Position numbers and translations under genes: made by a program
In this document: positions 36,830 through 50,580 of the stretch, one piece after another
How positions within the stretch are numbered: the stretch's first letter is position 1
Layout: every line of letters begins with the position of its first letter
Source of the DNA: Trichinella spiralis
Lineage: Eukaryota
Reading direction: 5' to 3'
Assembly (NCBI RefSeq): GCF_000181795.1
Contig: NW_003526940.1
Coordinates: forward strand, 3,137,293 to 3,201,292
DNA length: 64,000 nt
Notes under the pieces: generated by a model
The model's database searches: none
Seen by the model: the letters and a program-made list of their open reading frames with translations, nothing else
What the model was told of the DNA's origin: nothing

Positions 36830-39585
36830 ATAAAAATACATATATGGATGTTTTGTACAATACGAAACTCTGTACATATAAGTAAAATTCTTGATTGCAA
36901 ATCAGAAGATTTAAATAGAACACTTCCAGTAAATCAAGAAGTAATCAGATGCTAACAATTGGTAGTTGTAACTCCTTTGTTTAGCTGAAAAGCTGCAACC
37001 TGTGAACCATTTGTTAATTGTGCATTTTCTCTTTGTATTAAAATCGTCTTTACCAACATACGTGATGTAATGAGAAAAGCGAAGAATGTTTGACAAAGGC
37101 ATATGCGTTTAATCATGCGTGAAATTAAGTGAAATTGCGAGCTAACACGTAACGTTAGCATTAGTGCCATTTGTTACCCGGAAATTGGAAGTGTTGCTAC
37201 AACATTCCAGATTTTTCAAACAGATTATTCAATATTCTGACATTACACCCGGAAGTTAACATCCAATCTTGATAAATTTCAACAGGCAACAAATTTATTT
37301 ACAAACAGTCAGAGCAGATTTATATATCAGGAGGGAAATCTGTACTAGACCGTTGTTGGCTGTTCATTACTGTTGTTGTTGCTAGTGAAAAATGAAAATC
37401 ACTATTTAGCTTATTTTTTGTATTGTTTTTTCTGAATTATTACCATCGCATTTGATGTAACATCACTTTGGTACAATAAAATATGGAATAATGATAAAAA
37501 TTATTTTCGGGAATGCTGATCATGGAAAAGTATAAACTTCACCACAAATAATATATTTAAATAAACAGAATTTCAATGAATGACAAAACTTCAATCACAA
37601 TAAAAATTTGGAATTTAATCTTTCTTTCGCTCCTGTTCATAAGAGCTATTGTTTTTCTTCTTATGTTTCATTTAAATAAAAAATAAAATCTGGAACTTTG
37701 TTTAAAATAGAAATTTGTGGTTATACATTTTGTGTAAATTGTATTAAATTTCTCTTTCAATATCTAAAGTAAACCCACTACTGGGTTGATTAAACATTGA
37801 AGTTGCAATTCTTGTATTACTATGGTTCAACATTCCAGATCAAAAAATATCTGTTGCATTTCGTAATGATTTTACCAAACAAAATTGAAAGCAAAGAAAA
37901 TTATTATTTTTTGCTCTTTTACCATCGTAAAAAATCATTACATGTCAAATTATGAAAACAAAAAATGACCTAGATAAACACGCTTATTTAACATCTCTTT
38001 TTTCAGCTATCCCTTCTTCAGGCTATTCATTTGTTGCTTCTATATTTTTGTAGAATAATGCAATTAGATAATAAAGATATTTAATTTGTAAAGAACAAAA
38101 CCGTCAATTCTATTTTTCATATTTCACTCCTCAATGCTTATCATCAATGATTGTGCTATTTTCCGTGTCGTAGGTTTGAGATGTGCTTTTGAATGATGGG
38201 AATAAATAATAATGAATTTCAGTTTGTATCTAAAAGAACCGACATATGACAATACACAAAGGGAGATGCCACACGCTCAAGTGAACAAATCATAATGACA
38301 AATACAGGTTGTGAATAAAGATACAAACAATGGCTTAATGTAGCACATTATTATTGTAATATAACAGCTAATCCATTTTTGGGATGGCCCCACTTGGGCT
38401 CAATTTTGTTCCCATTCGGTCCCACTGTTCATTTATTGGTCGTTGTCCTCGCTATTTTATTAGTCCGTAATCTCGCTATTTTATTAGACCGTAAAGTCTT
38501 TTTCGTATTGGTTTTCCTTGTCTAATTGCTCATTGATTCAAATCTTTCCCTTGTGATTATCAGTAATATTTTTTAATTTCATTGGTTCAAATATTCCATT
38601 TAGGATTACGTAACTTTAATAATAGTGACGTAACATAAAAAATGAAAATATTTATTATTCCAAAATTTTATTGTCTGTTTGAAGTTTCGTCATTCATTGA
38701 AATTTTGTTTATTTAAATATGTTATTTGTGGTGTAGTCTATACTTTTTTATTATCAGTATTTTTGAAAATAATTTTTATCATTGTCCTCTATTTTATTGT
38801 ACTAAAGTGACGCTCTATCGAATGCGATAGTAATCATTCAGAAAAAAACATTACAAAAAATAAGTTAAATAGTGATTTTTATTTTTCACTAGCCAACAGC
38901 ACTAACAACAACAACAGTAAACAACATATCAGTGAACGACATTAATAAAGAGGAAACAACGAAAAAGGAAAAAATTAAATAATACAATAGAATGAAATAA
39001 AAAACTAATATAAATAAGCGGTGGCCAGGTGCATTTTTATCTTCTTCCTTGTTTCTTCTTCGATCTATTACCGATTTCCCTCCTGATAGATAAATCTGCT
39101 CCCATTTTTTGTACACAAATTTGTTGCCTGTTGAAATTTATCAAGATTGGATGTTAACCTCCGGATGTAATGTCAGAATACTGAACAATCTGTTTGAAAA
39201 ATCTGGAATGTTGTAGCAACACTTTTAATTTCCGGGTTACAAATGGTACTAATGCTAACGTTACGCGTTAGCTCGCAATTTCACTTAATTTTACGGTTGA
39301 TTTCTCGCATATGCCTTTGTCAAATATTGTTCGCGTTTCTTGTCACATCACATTTGTTGGTAAAGGCGATTTTAATACAAAGAGAAAATGCACAATTGAC
39401 AAATTGTTCACAGTTGCAGCTTTCCAGCTAAACCATGGAGTGACAACTACTAAATTGTTAGCATCTGGTTAAATTCTTGATTTTACTGGGAGTGATCTAT
39501 TTAAATCTTTCTTGTTTACAGTCCAAGAATTTTACTTTAATATTTACAAAGTTGCCTTCATTACGAAACAAACATCCATATATGT
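36830..39585. repeat. Large imperfect inverted repeat (foldback-like, non-autonomous MULE-related)
   Basis: 36830-37350 is the reverse complement of 39065-39585, and 37350-37590 of ~38690-38940; the inner arm also matches 690-950, downstream of the MULE at 1-633. Confidence 0.75.
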
Positions 39586-42500
39586 TGTTCAATCCAACTG
39601 TGTTCAGAACAGCTGAATTTCACTAACGGATCTCTGGTCCTCTCTCAGGCTTATCAGCGTTAATTAAGTTCGGGAACAACAACACACGGAAACTAAGATT
39701 TATTCGGGAAGAATCGCACAACACACACACAAACACAAGGTCACACACTTCCGCTCGCGTTCACGCTCGCCGATTACTCGCAGATTACGTCACCACCACC
39801 AACACACCGGTTACGGTAGCAGATTGGGATCTTCAGGCTCAAACCGAAGAAGTTTTCAACACTCTCCCCCCCCCTCGGTGATGGACCGCAGTTCATCACC
39901 GAACCGATGCTGGCTCAAGAAGAATGAGCGATCTGCTCAGCCGGATGAGAAGGCCTCGGGTAGTCCGTACTTTCACTGACCTCGTGACCCCATCGCTTCC
40001 CGTCAACGGCTCGATGATCACGCCTAGTTTCCAACAATTCCGTGGAACGCCTTCTTCCACTAGGAACACTAGGTCTCCCTTTTCCGGCTGCCGCCCGAAC
40101 TTCGTCCATTTCCCTCGTGAGGTGAGAGTCACGAGATACTCTTCCAGCCATCGATTCCACAGATGTTTCATCAGCAGCTGCTGGTGCCGCCAACGCTTAC
40201 GCAGCTGGATGCGTTCGTCGGGGCCGATGCGGACGCAGCGGGAATCGGGAGCGATGCCAATTCTCGTCCGATGAGGAAGTGCGCCGGTGTTAACGGGGCG
40301 CAGTCATGGGGGTCCTCGCTCAACAAGGTGAGTGGCCGGTCATTGATCCGAGCCTCCAACTCACACAGCACGGTGTGCAACTCCCAGCTGCGGAGTAACG
40401 CTTTCCCCAAGACCTTCCTCAGAGCGTTTTTCATCGATCTTACAAGCCGCTCCCAATAGCCACCGCACCAGGGAGCTCGGTCGGTGCTATACTTCCACTC
40501 GATCTGCCGCATCGCCAACTTTTCCCGGATCTTACCAGCTGAATTTCCGCGAAGAAGGTCTCGCATAAACGAATCAGCTTGCTTAAACGTCCGGAAATTG
40601 TCAGTGTGAATCACACTGGGTCTCCCGCGTCTGGCGATGAATCGGCGGAGAGCGGCCAAGAAACTAATCGTGGTCATGTCAAATACCACCTCCAAGTGCA
40701 CCGCTCGTGTGACCATGCACGTGAACAGGCAGATGTACGCCTTCTGCGCAGGCTGATGTTCATCTTTCACGTACAACGGTCCAGCAAAATCCAATCCCAC
40801 TCTGTTGAATGGGAATGACGGTATCACTCTTTCAGGCGGAAGGTCGCTCATCAGTGGACAAAATGGACGAGCATCATGCTTCCGGCAGATGATGCAAGCT
40901 CTGATGCATCTCTTGACTGCTTGCCGGCCCCGAACTACCCAAAAGCGACGCCGCAAGGCTGCCAAGGTTTGGTTCAGTCCAGCGTGCAATTCTGATTCAT
41001 GAGTTCGTCGCACAAATGGCTCAACAACCGGGCCGTTGCGTGGGAGAAGCAAAGGATGACGGTGGCACCAGGGCAGCGCCGTCCTTGACAGTCTTCCTCC
41101 CACTCGCAAAAGGCCTTCCGTGTCCACGAATGGAGACAAAGCCGCAAGGGGGTCCCCAGCTCGCACAGGGATGGGCCCCGAGGCAGTCTTCGAAACCGGA
41201 AACGCCTCCGCTTGAACTGCTCTCACCCACCGCTTTTCGGCGTCTTGCAATTCTAGCAAGGACAGTTGAGCTCTGATTTTCCGTTATCCTGCGTGGGTTC
41301 TCGCATTCGCGAGGAACCGACAGCAATATGCCGTGACCCTGACGAGGCGTTCCATCGTTCCATATCGAGACGGGTCGATGATCGCCAAGAGACCGGGCTC
41401 TTTCAGGCTGGCGCAAAGCGTGACGACCCTTTTCCTCTCAGGGGACACGAGACGAGTCTCCTCCGGCGAGAGCGCCATAGTCAGGCGCGGCCACTGCTCA
41501 TTAGGTTCCTTCAGCCAGGCCGGACCATTCCACCAGAGTTTGTCCTCACGGAGGGTGTCCAAGGCGCAGCCGCGGCTGAGTTTATCAGCCGGATTGTCCG
41601 CGGTGGGACAATGCCGCCACTGAGAAGGCTCAGTCCGGCTGAGGATCTCCTGAACGCGGTTCGCCACGAAAGGTTTCCACCTTCGTGGGTCGCCTCGGAT
41701 CCAACTGAGGACAATAGTACTGTCGCTCCAACAGGTGGATCGGTTGAAAGGAAGGCCTAATTCCCGTTCCACGTACTCTTTGAGGCGCGCCACGTGGAGT
41801 GCAGCCATCAATTCGAGCCGTGGGAGGCTCAGTCGCCTGACCGGAGCGACGCGGATCTTGGCGAGGCAGAATCTCACCTCCTTGGCTCCGTCCATGGACT
41901 CCGTCATCAGGTATGCCACGGCGCCAAACGCTGTTTCCGAGGCGTCGCCAAAAACGTGCAGCTCAGAGCGGCGAACCTGATCTTTAGGACTGACCATCAA
42001 CGCGCGTGGAACTCTGACGCTGGCCAGAGTCTCCAGTTCATCAGCGACGTCGGTCCTGATGAGCGATTTCTCCGAAGCACTGTCGAGAAGGCAATTGACC
42101 AACCTCTTCTTCCCGTTCTCACCGTAGGCCATCGCTTGGACGACAGGAAGGAGGACCCCGGGAGCCCGAACAGTCGAGGAAAAGTGAACCCCGACGGGAG
42201 CGAGTTCAGTCGCGGCTCTGTCAGAAGCCGCATCTTCTGCTTCCAAATCCTGGGCAGGCGCCGTTGTTGGGTTTTTCTCCTTGACAGCTGCATCCGGTTG
42301 CGCCGCGGGTCTTGCATTTCTTGAAGCTGCTGGCCGCCTGGTTCGTCTGCGGTTCTGACGACGGTGGGGGTTCTGCAAGGCAAGCAGAGGGTGCTGACCT
42401 GGTCGGTCAGGATTCTGCTGGCAGCTACCTCTACGGTGACCTTTTCGCAGACATCCAAAACACAACCCATGCTTCCGGACACATTGCCATAGTTCCGGCC

Positions 42501-43894
42501 CGGAGAGTTCGACGAATCGCGGGCAACTCTCAACAGGATAGATTCCGCAGCACACCACGCAGTTTCCGACTGGATCCACTTGTATGGTGGCCGTCATGAA
42601 ACGCTCTCCCTGCTCAGCCCTCCGTTCTGGTTTCCGAGCGGGCATCTTCCTTGCCGAGCCCTTGATCTGAGATTGGTTCAGCAAGAAGGAGAGGAACACC
42701 GATGAGGTAATTTTCTCATTCGTCAGTTCTTGTACGAATGCCCTCCAGGCTTCCAAGGTGTCTGGCGGCAGCTTCTTCTTGATTATCGGAAGGAGAGCAT
42801 GGAATCCGCTCAAGTTTGCGTCCACATCCTTCCCCAGAGCTCTCAATTCGAGGAAGTGGCGATTCAAGTCATCGAGGAGCCTCGTCAGGTCGGCTGCTCC
42901 GTCATCGGAGCACTCCTTCAAACTGACCACCTTCAACACGTGACTCTCCACCACCTCGGGCACTCGATGGAATCGATTGTGGAGCGTCTGAACGACCTCA
43001 GGGTAATTCTCCGCGCAGACCGTGATTCCTTCAATGGCCTTCAACGCTGCGCCGGACAGACATGACCGCAAATGAAGAAACTTGGTGATGGCACCAAGGT
43101 CCTCCCGTCGATCAATGCTCACCTCGAACTGAGCCCAGAATGACTTAAACTCCAGGATGTTACCATCAAACTTTGGCAGTGGCACCGGTTTCAGCTTTCC
43201 CAACTGCGACTTCGACCCTGATTTTTCGGTCAACGCAGATGTCGCCATGGGCTCTTTGCTCTCCTCCTTCTCTTTCAAGAATGTGTCGGCCCGGGTGCGT
43301 GTTGTAAACACTTCCTTGCATAACTCGCGCCATTCATTAAGGACAGCTTCCAGAGACTCTCCGTCGGGAAGTACGTCTTCCAATGTGACTTGAGCTCAGT
43401 GCGCTTCCGCATACTGTGCATCCAAGGCACGCAGGGCATTCCTAACCGCTAACTCAGAGGAGTCTGTCTCGAGCTGATCCAGCACTTGTTGAATGGTCTC
43501 CCGTAGACGCTTCTGTTCAATCTGTTGGCGCCTCTTAACTGTTTCAATCTTCATCTCGTGAAGCAAGATCAAAAATTCTCAGATTCCGGCCTTCCCGGCT
43601 CGTGGCACCAAAATATATTGCTCAATCCAACTGTGTTCAGAACAGCTGAATTTCACTAACGGATCACTGGTCCTCTCTCAGGCTTATCAGCGTTAATTAA
43701 GTTCGGGAACAACAACACACGGAAACTAAGATTTATTCGGGAAGAATCGCACAACACACACACAAACACAAGGTCACACACTTCCGCTCGCGTTCACGCT
43801 CGCCGATTACTCGCAGATTACGTCACCACCACCAACACACCGATTACGGTAGCAGATTGGGATCTTCAGGCTCAAACCGAGGAAGTTTTCAACA
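39586..43894 (-). mobile_element. BEL/Pao LTR retrotransposon, both LTRs intact, RT deleted
   Basis: 276-bp LTRs 39586-39861 and 43619-43894 (4 mismatches seen), TSD TATGT, PBS TGGTGCCACGAGCCGGGA, PPT GAGGGGGGGGGAGAG; gag (LPKFDGN..F..FW), protease LLDSAS, Pao RNase H LHVFGDAS...LPRLEL, integrase H..H..C..C, DFAGP, DN, APWCGGYWE. Confidence 0.97.
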
Positions 43895-46800
43895 TATGTA
43901 TTTTTTACATGTCGATGAGGTTTGTGGTTTGTATGAAAAATCCTGTTTGACATTCGTACATTTCATATAAAATACAGTCGAACTTGATTAAGTGCATAAG
44001 ATTTTGGTCGAAAAAAATTCCCTGTAGTTAATTAAACGGTAAAATAATGGGTAAGTGCATAGTAATTCTTGCCAAATTCCATGCTCACTTATAAGCAAGT
44101 TCAAATGTAATTTGAAATGCAACATCAAACAGATCAGCTACATCATAGGCACTGCTTTTGATGCGGAATGTTTAAAGATTTCGTTATCATTGAAATATAC
44201 ATTGAAAGGTTGCAAATGGAAATGAAAACAGATAGCAATTTAAGTGTTCACCAACGCACTACTCGGTTTGTTCAGATGTTGAAATATGAAGTTTACAATT
44301 TACACGAAATATATAAATAAATTTGTTTTTTGACTTGTAAATAATATTGCAGATTTTTAATTTTCTATTTAAATAAAATATTCGACTTTAAACAATAACA
44401 CTGATGAAAGAAGTCAAAACTTTGTGAAGTTGAAAATAAAATTCTTTGATTGCTAACAAGAAAGATTTTCATAGAACAGTCAGACGGAAATCAAAAATGT
44501 AACTCGATGCTAACAAATTAGCAGTTGCCATGCCTAGTTTAAGCTGACAACTGCAGCTGTGGACAATTCATCACTTGTTGATTTTTCCATTGCATTACAA
44601 TCGCCTTTAGCTAATCATCAGAATATTTTCTGACAAACGGAAAAGCATTTAATGCATAAATTTCATTTAATTGCAAGCTGAAACGTAATTTATTTGATGA
44701 ACTGAAATAAATGAGTGTAAAACACTTTGAAAGCAAAAAGGAAGCGAAGGACAGCACGAAGTAGAATAGCAGTTAAAGCTGCTTCAAATTCACTCTGCTG
44801 TGGACATCACGTTCTTCGATGTGCTTTATTGTCTTGCCGTTGATACCCGCTGTATTTATCACTCGTTACATCACCCCCCTGCCTTTTAAGAGCAGTCTGT
44901 CTCAGACTGTTTGTGAGACTGCCGTGACATATTCCTTCAGCCATCTTGGAGTGACTGGAATTCTCTTTGATCAGCTTAACTCTGGCTCTTGCGATGGCTT
45001 TTGTTCTTGTTGGCTTGATGTTGCAATGATGACATTATGTAACCGTTTTACATGGTTATCATGATTCTACTACTTGTCCACCCCACCTTGTGGTTTGCCC
45101 CATACACGCATTTAATCGGTCAGTGTGGATCATCAGCTTTTTTGGGGCTTGACATTTTACTTTCTTTATTATATTCTGGCCAACTCGCTGCAGAATGCGG
45201 AATGTACTCTCTCACGTTCTGCCCTAAGTATCCTTCTTTTGTGTAGCCAGCCGGACTTTGTTATTGATACTGAGCTTATACTCATTCTTTCTACTGTTGA
45301 ACCATTTTATCTGACGTCGTAACACTGCTTGAAGCTTCTCGCTTACTTCTTTGAATGTATCTGCTAAATCGTTTCTCAACTTCTACATGTACTCTTTAGG
45401 TGTTTGCAGAGGGAATTCTGGTACATGACGCCTATCAGCAGCGCGGCTTCTCATCCGAAGAAGATTCTGCAATGCGTGGCCTACGTCGACCCATGACTGC
45501 TATTTCACCATGCTAAGAGTGTCGTTGGGATCCAGTTAATTCTGTTTGTTATTGATTGTTCTTGCGCTGAGGGATGAATTAGTTCCAAAAAATTCATGGA
45601 TTTGTTTGCATTTATTCAGACTCATTTGCTGTTCAGATACGTAATTGGTTAATGAGTTACGCTGCTTTATCAGTTACTGAGATATGAGCACGAATTCGAC
45701 GAACAACTTATAGCACGTGATTGACAACTCAGCTTTGACATAGATTAGATGGTTGGTATCATTCAGAGTTTAAGCAGATATGAAATGCTCCACCCTGAAG
45801 TCACCTTATATGGACATAAATAATCACATTTTCCAATTTTTCAAATAATGTACTTCTTTCACATATGACGTGGAATTCACACATTTTTGACATGGCAAAT
45901 GATACCATTCAAAATCTTCAGCGTTCTACACTTCACTGATTACATAAGATCATTCCAGTTGAAATAAAAACATGCTTTTGTAATATTATTCCTTCAAAGT
46001 TATACCGAGCAGCAGCTTATTTTGAACAAAAATCAAACTGCTCTCGCAGTGAGCACTTTCACCAGCTCCCATTTTTGCCACTCGGGCTAGTCTGAACTCA
46101 TCCGCATCCTATTTGTTCCAAACTCCGCCCCCTTTTTGTGATTGGCTGTACGCTGATAGGTTGCACGCGATTGATTGGTAATTGGCTAATGATTCTACTA
46201 TTTTATTAGCTAATAATTATGATAAGTGATTGGGTTAATAACTTTGCCATTTGATTAGCTATTAAGCTTTGATCAAGGATTGGGTGATTGTTATTTATCT
46301 ACTCTTTACTTAATATGGGTGCATTACCATTAAAATACCTTATATGGACATAAAAAAGCATTTACTATTTTTTAAAGAAAAAGCTTTTTAAGATATGGTG
46401 TTAGCTATCTTTTATTGCGTTTAAGAAATTATAACAATAGCAAAGTTAATATGCTTCAAACTAATGTTTAACTTCTTTACATTTGCATATTCTTTGTGTA
46501 TGTTGTTAAGAAGAGCATTTAACAAAATGTCTTGCAATATTCGAATATGGCTTTAAATAAGTGGTTATCTTAGTCAATAACATTAATGATTCTTCAGTTT
46601 TACATTTCATTGTTCACATAATAACTTGCTTTTGTAATTTTACTTCTTCACATCTGTGCTAATCAGCAGACTACTTTGCACATAAACATTTCTGCCTATC
46701 GCTACATGTATGTATGCATAGTATACATAGTATACTACTATGCAAATGTATAGTATGCAGCATCATGTTACAGCAACAATCAATAAGGATCAACAACAAC

Positions 46801-46981
46801 TAACAAGCAATGAAAATCAACAATAACCAACAATAAATAAGATCAACAACAAACAAGCGTGAACTATAATACAAGATATAGAATATATGACAATGACAAA
46901 CTATACAATCATAAGGAATAAAAAATATATACAACAATAATTAATGAAATATATACAACAATAATAAACAGTGCAAAAGTA

Positions 46982-47988
46982 CTATAATCGTAGTGGTTCA
47001 GGAGTATGATACGATATTGCACTCAAAAAATGCTCAACACTAATTTCATTATGAACCAATCTACCCGTAAGCGCAGCTACCCGTCGCTGCTGGACTCCGT
47101 AAGCTGGGCTACGGCTTACGGAGCCCCTTCCATGCATATAGCCATCATCTATTTGCCGCACCACCGTCTCAGTCTTACCCTGTTCATCAAGGATAAGTTG
47201 TAAAAACTGACAAAACCCTAGGTGGTGCTATCTTTCCTAACAGTCAAACAATACACGACGGGTAGCAGTTTACCCCTCAGGAACACATGAAGGGTAAACA
47301 ACTGCTGGTACCAGCAGGGGACAATCTTAAACGTCCCATCCCTGCACCAGCAGTTACTCTGAGCCAACAGCCTCACACCATCCTCGGCGGCAAAAATTAA
47401 TATATCACTGGTCGGCGAATGCTACATTAAAAATTGCGCACCGGATTTCGTTGTCGTCTGCTCGGCAGTAAGCCGCAGATCCTGCCGCCTGGCCGGAAGT
47501 CGTGGGTATCTCTTCGAACGGCTATAATACATCGTGTTCCGGGACTGCTCCCACGTTGGAAAGTGAGGGGCAGTTTCTAGACTGGTGGAGGCATTGCTTG
47601 CCAGTTCATCGAAAATTTCTAATACCGGCCTCAGATCTCCTGCAGCCAGCCTCTTCAATTCATTCAGCTGCTGCTGATGTTAGAATGCATGGGTATCTAC
47701 TCGGCAGCCCTCTGCATGCTCACCGGTTCTGATGACTTCTGTGGCATCAAGGTTAGTATAGCGCTTGCCAGGGCAACCTCTTGTTCCCTAAATTGGAAAC
47801 GAAATTGCAAGCTCATGATACTACACTATAATAACAACGTGCTATAATAAAATAATTCTGTTTACTGATGCACATATCCAACATTTGTCATTGCGATTCG
47901 TCCGCTTGAGGGTGTAACACCTTCCTCTGTACACTAATTTTTGTTGGTTCCTTTGAGTAGAAGCAAACTGAATTTCATCACTCTCCAT
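46982..47988 (-). pseudogene. FLYWCH-MULE transposase pseudogene, family B
   Basis: MESDEIQFASTQRNQQKLVYRGRCYTLKRTNRNDKCWIC / GCPG...H..C; WCRDGTFKIVPCWYQQLFTLH..GKLLPVVYCL; several stops and an internal deletion. Confidence 0.85.
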
Positions 47989-49254
47989 TATTAACAACAT
48001 TCAAATACGAAGCATACAGCTACACGGAAAACCAGGGAAATAAATTTAACGGTTTTGCACTCCGTTTTAAATAACCATTTTGCAACCATTAAATAGCTTA
48101 TGCACCGTTCCGGTTGATTTGTCTAGCTCAGTTAGCTGCGTCATGCATTATGCCCAGCAGCATTTTACTTCCTGCTTCATAGTGTACTTCTCGTTTACTC
48201 CAGTATTAGTAATAATGGAATCCATTTCCGCGTCCATTTTCTGTTTATTGCCGTCCAGTCCAGAAAGTCGTATCCATCACAATTTCAGCAGGCAAATTTC
48301 GGATGATAATATCTGATCTTGTTTCGCTCCTCAGCTAATAACCCTCAAATGCTAAGCACTGAACTGAAACGCAAGACCAAAAAGGAAAATAAATTTGATG
48401 GTTTAAATTCCATTTTAAATAATCATTTTGAAACAACATTTAGTTTTCATTTCTCATTTTATCTACAATTGAAGATCAATTTCGATTGATATTTCTGTGG
48501 CACCTATGCCTTTGTTGATGTTGACAGAAGATTATTAATCACACACAAATGGCGCACAAATGCTGATATCAAAGTATGCGATGTCCACTGCAAAATGAAT
48601 TTGAAGCAGCTTCAAGCGCTTTTGTGATTGGTTGGTGCTGTTCATCGCTTTCTTTCTGCTTTTGAAGTGCTTCACTTTTATTTATCCATGCCAATGGAAA
48701 AATACTGTTCAAAAAAAATGTCAGCCAACAGTTGCTTTCACTTGTGATATAAATTACCTTCTTAGCTAACAATTAAATGAGATTTATGCCTAATGTTCTT
48801 TTCTGTTTGTCAGATATTGTTCTGATGAAGGCTAGTTGAAGGCTATTCAAGTACAAAGGGAAAACGTAAAATTGATGAATTGTCTACAGCTGCAGTTTTC
48901 AGCTAAAACTGAGAGTGGTGGTTGCTGAATGTTAGCATCGAAATACTTTTCTGATTTTGCCTAAATGTATAATGCATCGAATGCCTGAATGAATGCATCG
49001 ACATGTATAAAAATGCATATGTAACAATTGATGCTTTGTAACAAAAGAAACTCTGTAAATATTAAAGTAAAATTCTTGATTTGCAAATAAGAAAGATTTA
49101 AATAGAACACTCCCAGTAAAATCAAGAAGTTAATCAGATGCCAACAATTTGGTAGTTGTAACTCCTTGGTTTAGCTTGAAAGCTGCAACTGTGAACAATT
49201 TGTCATTGTGCATTTTCATTTGTATTAAAATCGCCTTTACCAACNNNNNNNNNN

Positions 49255-50570
49255 GCTTTTGAAGTGCTTCACTTTTATTTATCCATGCCAATGGAAAAAT
49301 ACTGTTCAAAAAAAATGTCAGCCAACAGTTGCTTTCACTTGTGATATAAATTACCTTCTTAGCTAACAATTAAATGAGATTTATGCCTAATGTTCTTTTC
49401 TGTTTGTCAGATATTGTTCTGATGAAGGCTAGTTGAAGGCTATTCAAGTACAAAGGGAAAACGTAAAATTGATGAATTGTCTACAGCTGCAGTTTTCAGC
49501 TAAAACTGAGAGTGGTGGTTGCTGAATGTTAGCATCGAAATACTTTTCTGATTTTGCCTAAATGTATAATGCATCGAATGCCTGAATGAATGNNNNNNNN
49601 NNCCAATCCTGGCACCAGCCAGTTAATTTGAAGCCAAACAGTCTTCACACCATTCGTCGGGCGACAAAAAATTTAATATATCATTGGGTCGGCGAATTCC
49701 AACATAAAAAATTGCGCACAGGTATTTCGGTTTTCGTCTGCTCGGCAGTAAGCCGCAGATCGTCCGGCCTGGCCGGGAAGTCGGTGGGTATCTCTTGGAA
49801 CGGCTATAATACATCGTGTTCCGGGGACTGCTCCCACGTAGAAAGTGAGGCGCAGTTTCTAGACTGGTGGAAGGCATTGCTTCCCAGTTCATCGATAATT
49901 TCTAATACCGGCTTCAGATCTCTTGCAGCCAGCCTCTTCAATTCATTCAGCTGCTGATGATGTAAGAATGCATGGGTATCTACTCGGCAGCCCTCTGCAT
50001 GCTCACCGGTTCTGATGACTTCTGTGGCATCAAGGTTAGTATAGCGCTTGCCAGGGCAACCTCTTGTTCCCTAAATTGGAAACGAAATTGCAAGCTCATG
50101 ATACTACACTATAATAACAACGTGCTATAATAAAATAATTCTGTTTACTGATGCACATATCCAACATTTGTCATTGCGATTCGTCCGCTTGAGGGTGTAA
50201 CACCTTCCTCTGTACACTAATTTTTGTTGGTTCCTTTGAGTAGAAGCAAACTGAATTTCATCACTCTCCATTATTAACAACATTCAAATACGAAGCATAC
50301 AGATACACGGAAAACCAGGGAAATAAATTTAACGGTTTTGCCACTTCCGTTTTAATTAACAATTTGGCAACCATAAAATAGTTTTGCCCCCGTTCCGGTG
50401 GATTGGTTTGGTCCAGTAGGTGGCGGTCAAGCCATTTATCCCCGCCACCATTTTCCTTCCTTGCTTCATTAGTGTAATTTTTCGTTTTACTTCCAGTTTT
50501 TAGTATATAAGGGAATCCCATTTCCCGCGTCCCATGTCTGTTTTCCGTCAGTCCAGAAGTCGTATCCATC
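49255..50570 (-). repeat. Redundant gap-bounded copies of 48655-48993 and ~47360-48275 (MULE family B)
   Basis: Near-identical cores with noisy ends, between 10-N gaps at 49245, 49593 and 50571. Confidence 0.8.
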
Positions 50571-50580
50571 NNNNNNNNNN

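Noticed and set aside
39915..43393. Many overlapping GC-rich ORFs on both strands
   Set aside because: Shadow frames of the BEL/Pao polyprotein.
44820..45800. Possible further LTR-retrotransposon tail (PPT-like CACCCCCCTGCC next to GTTACA)
   Set aside because: Too decayed; no diagnostic protein motif or paired LTR found.
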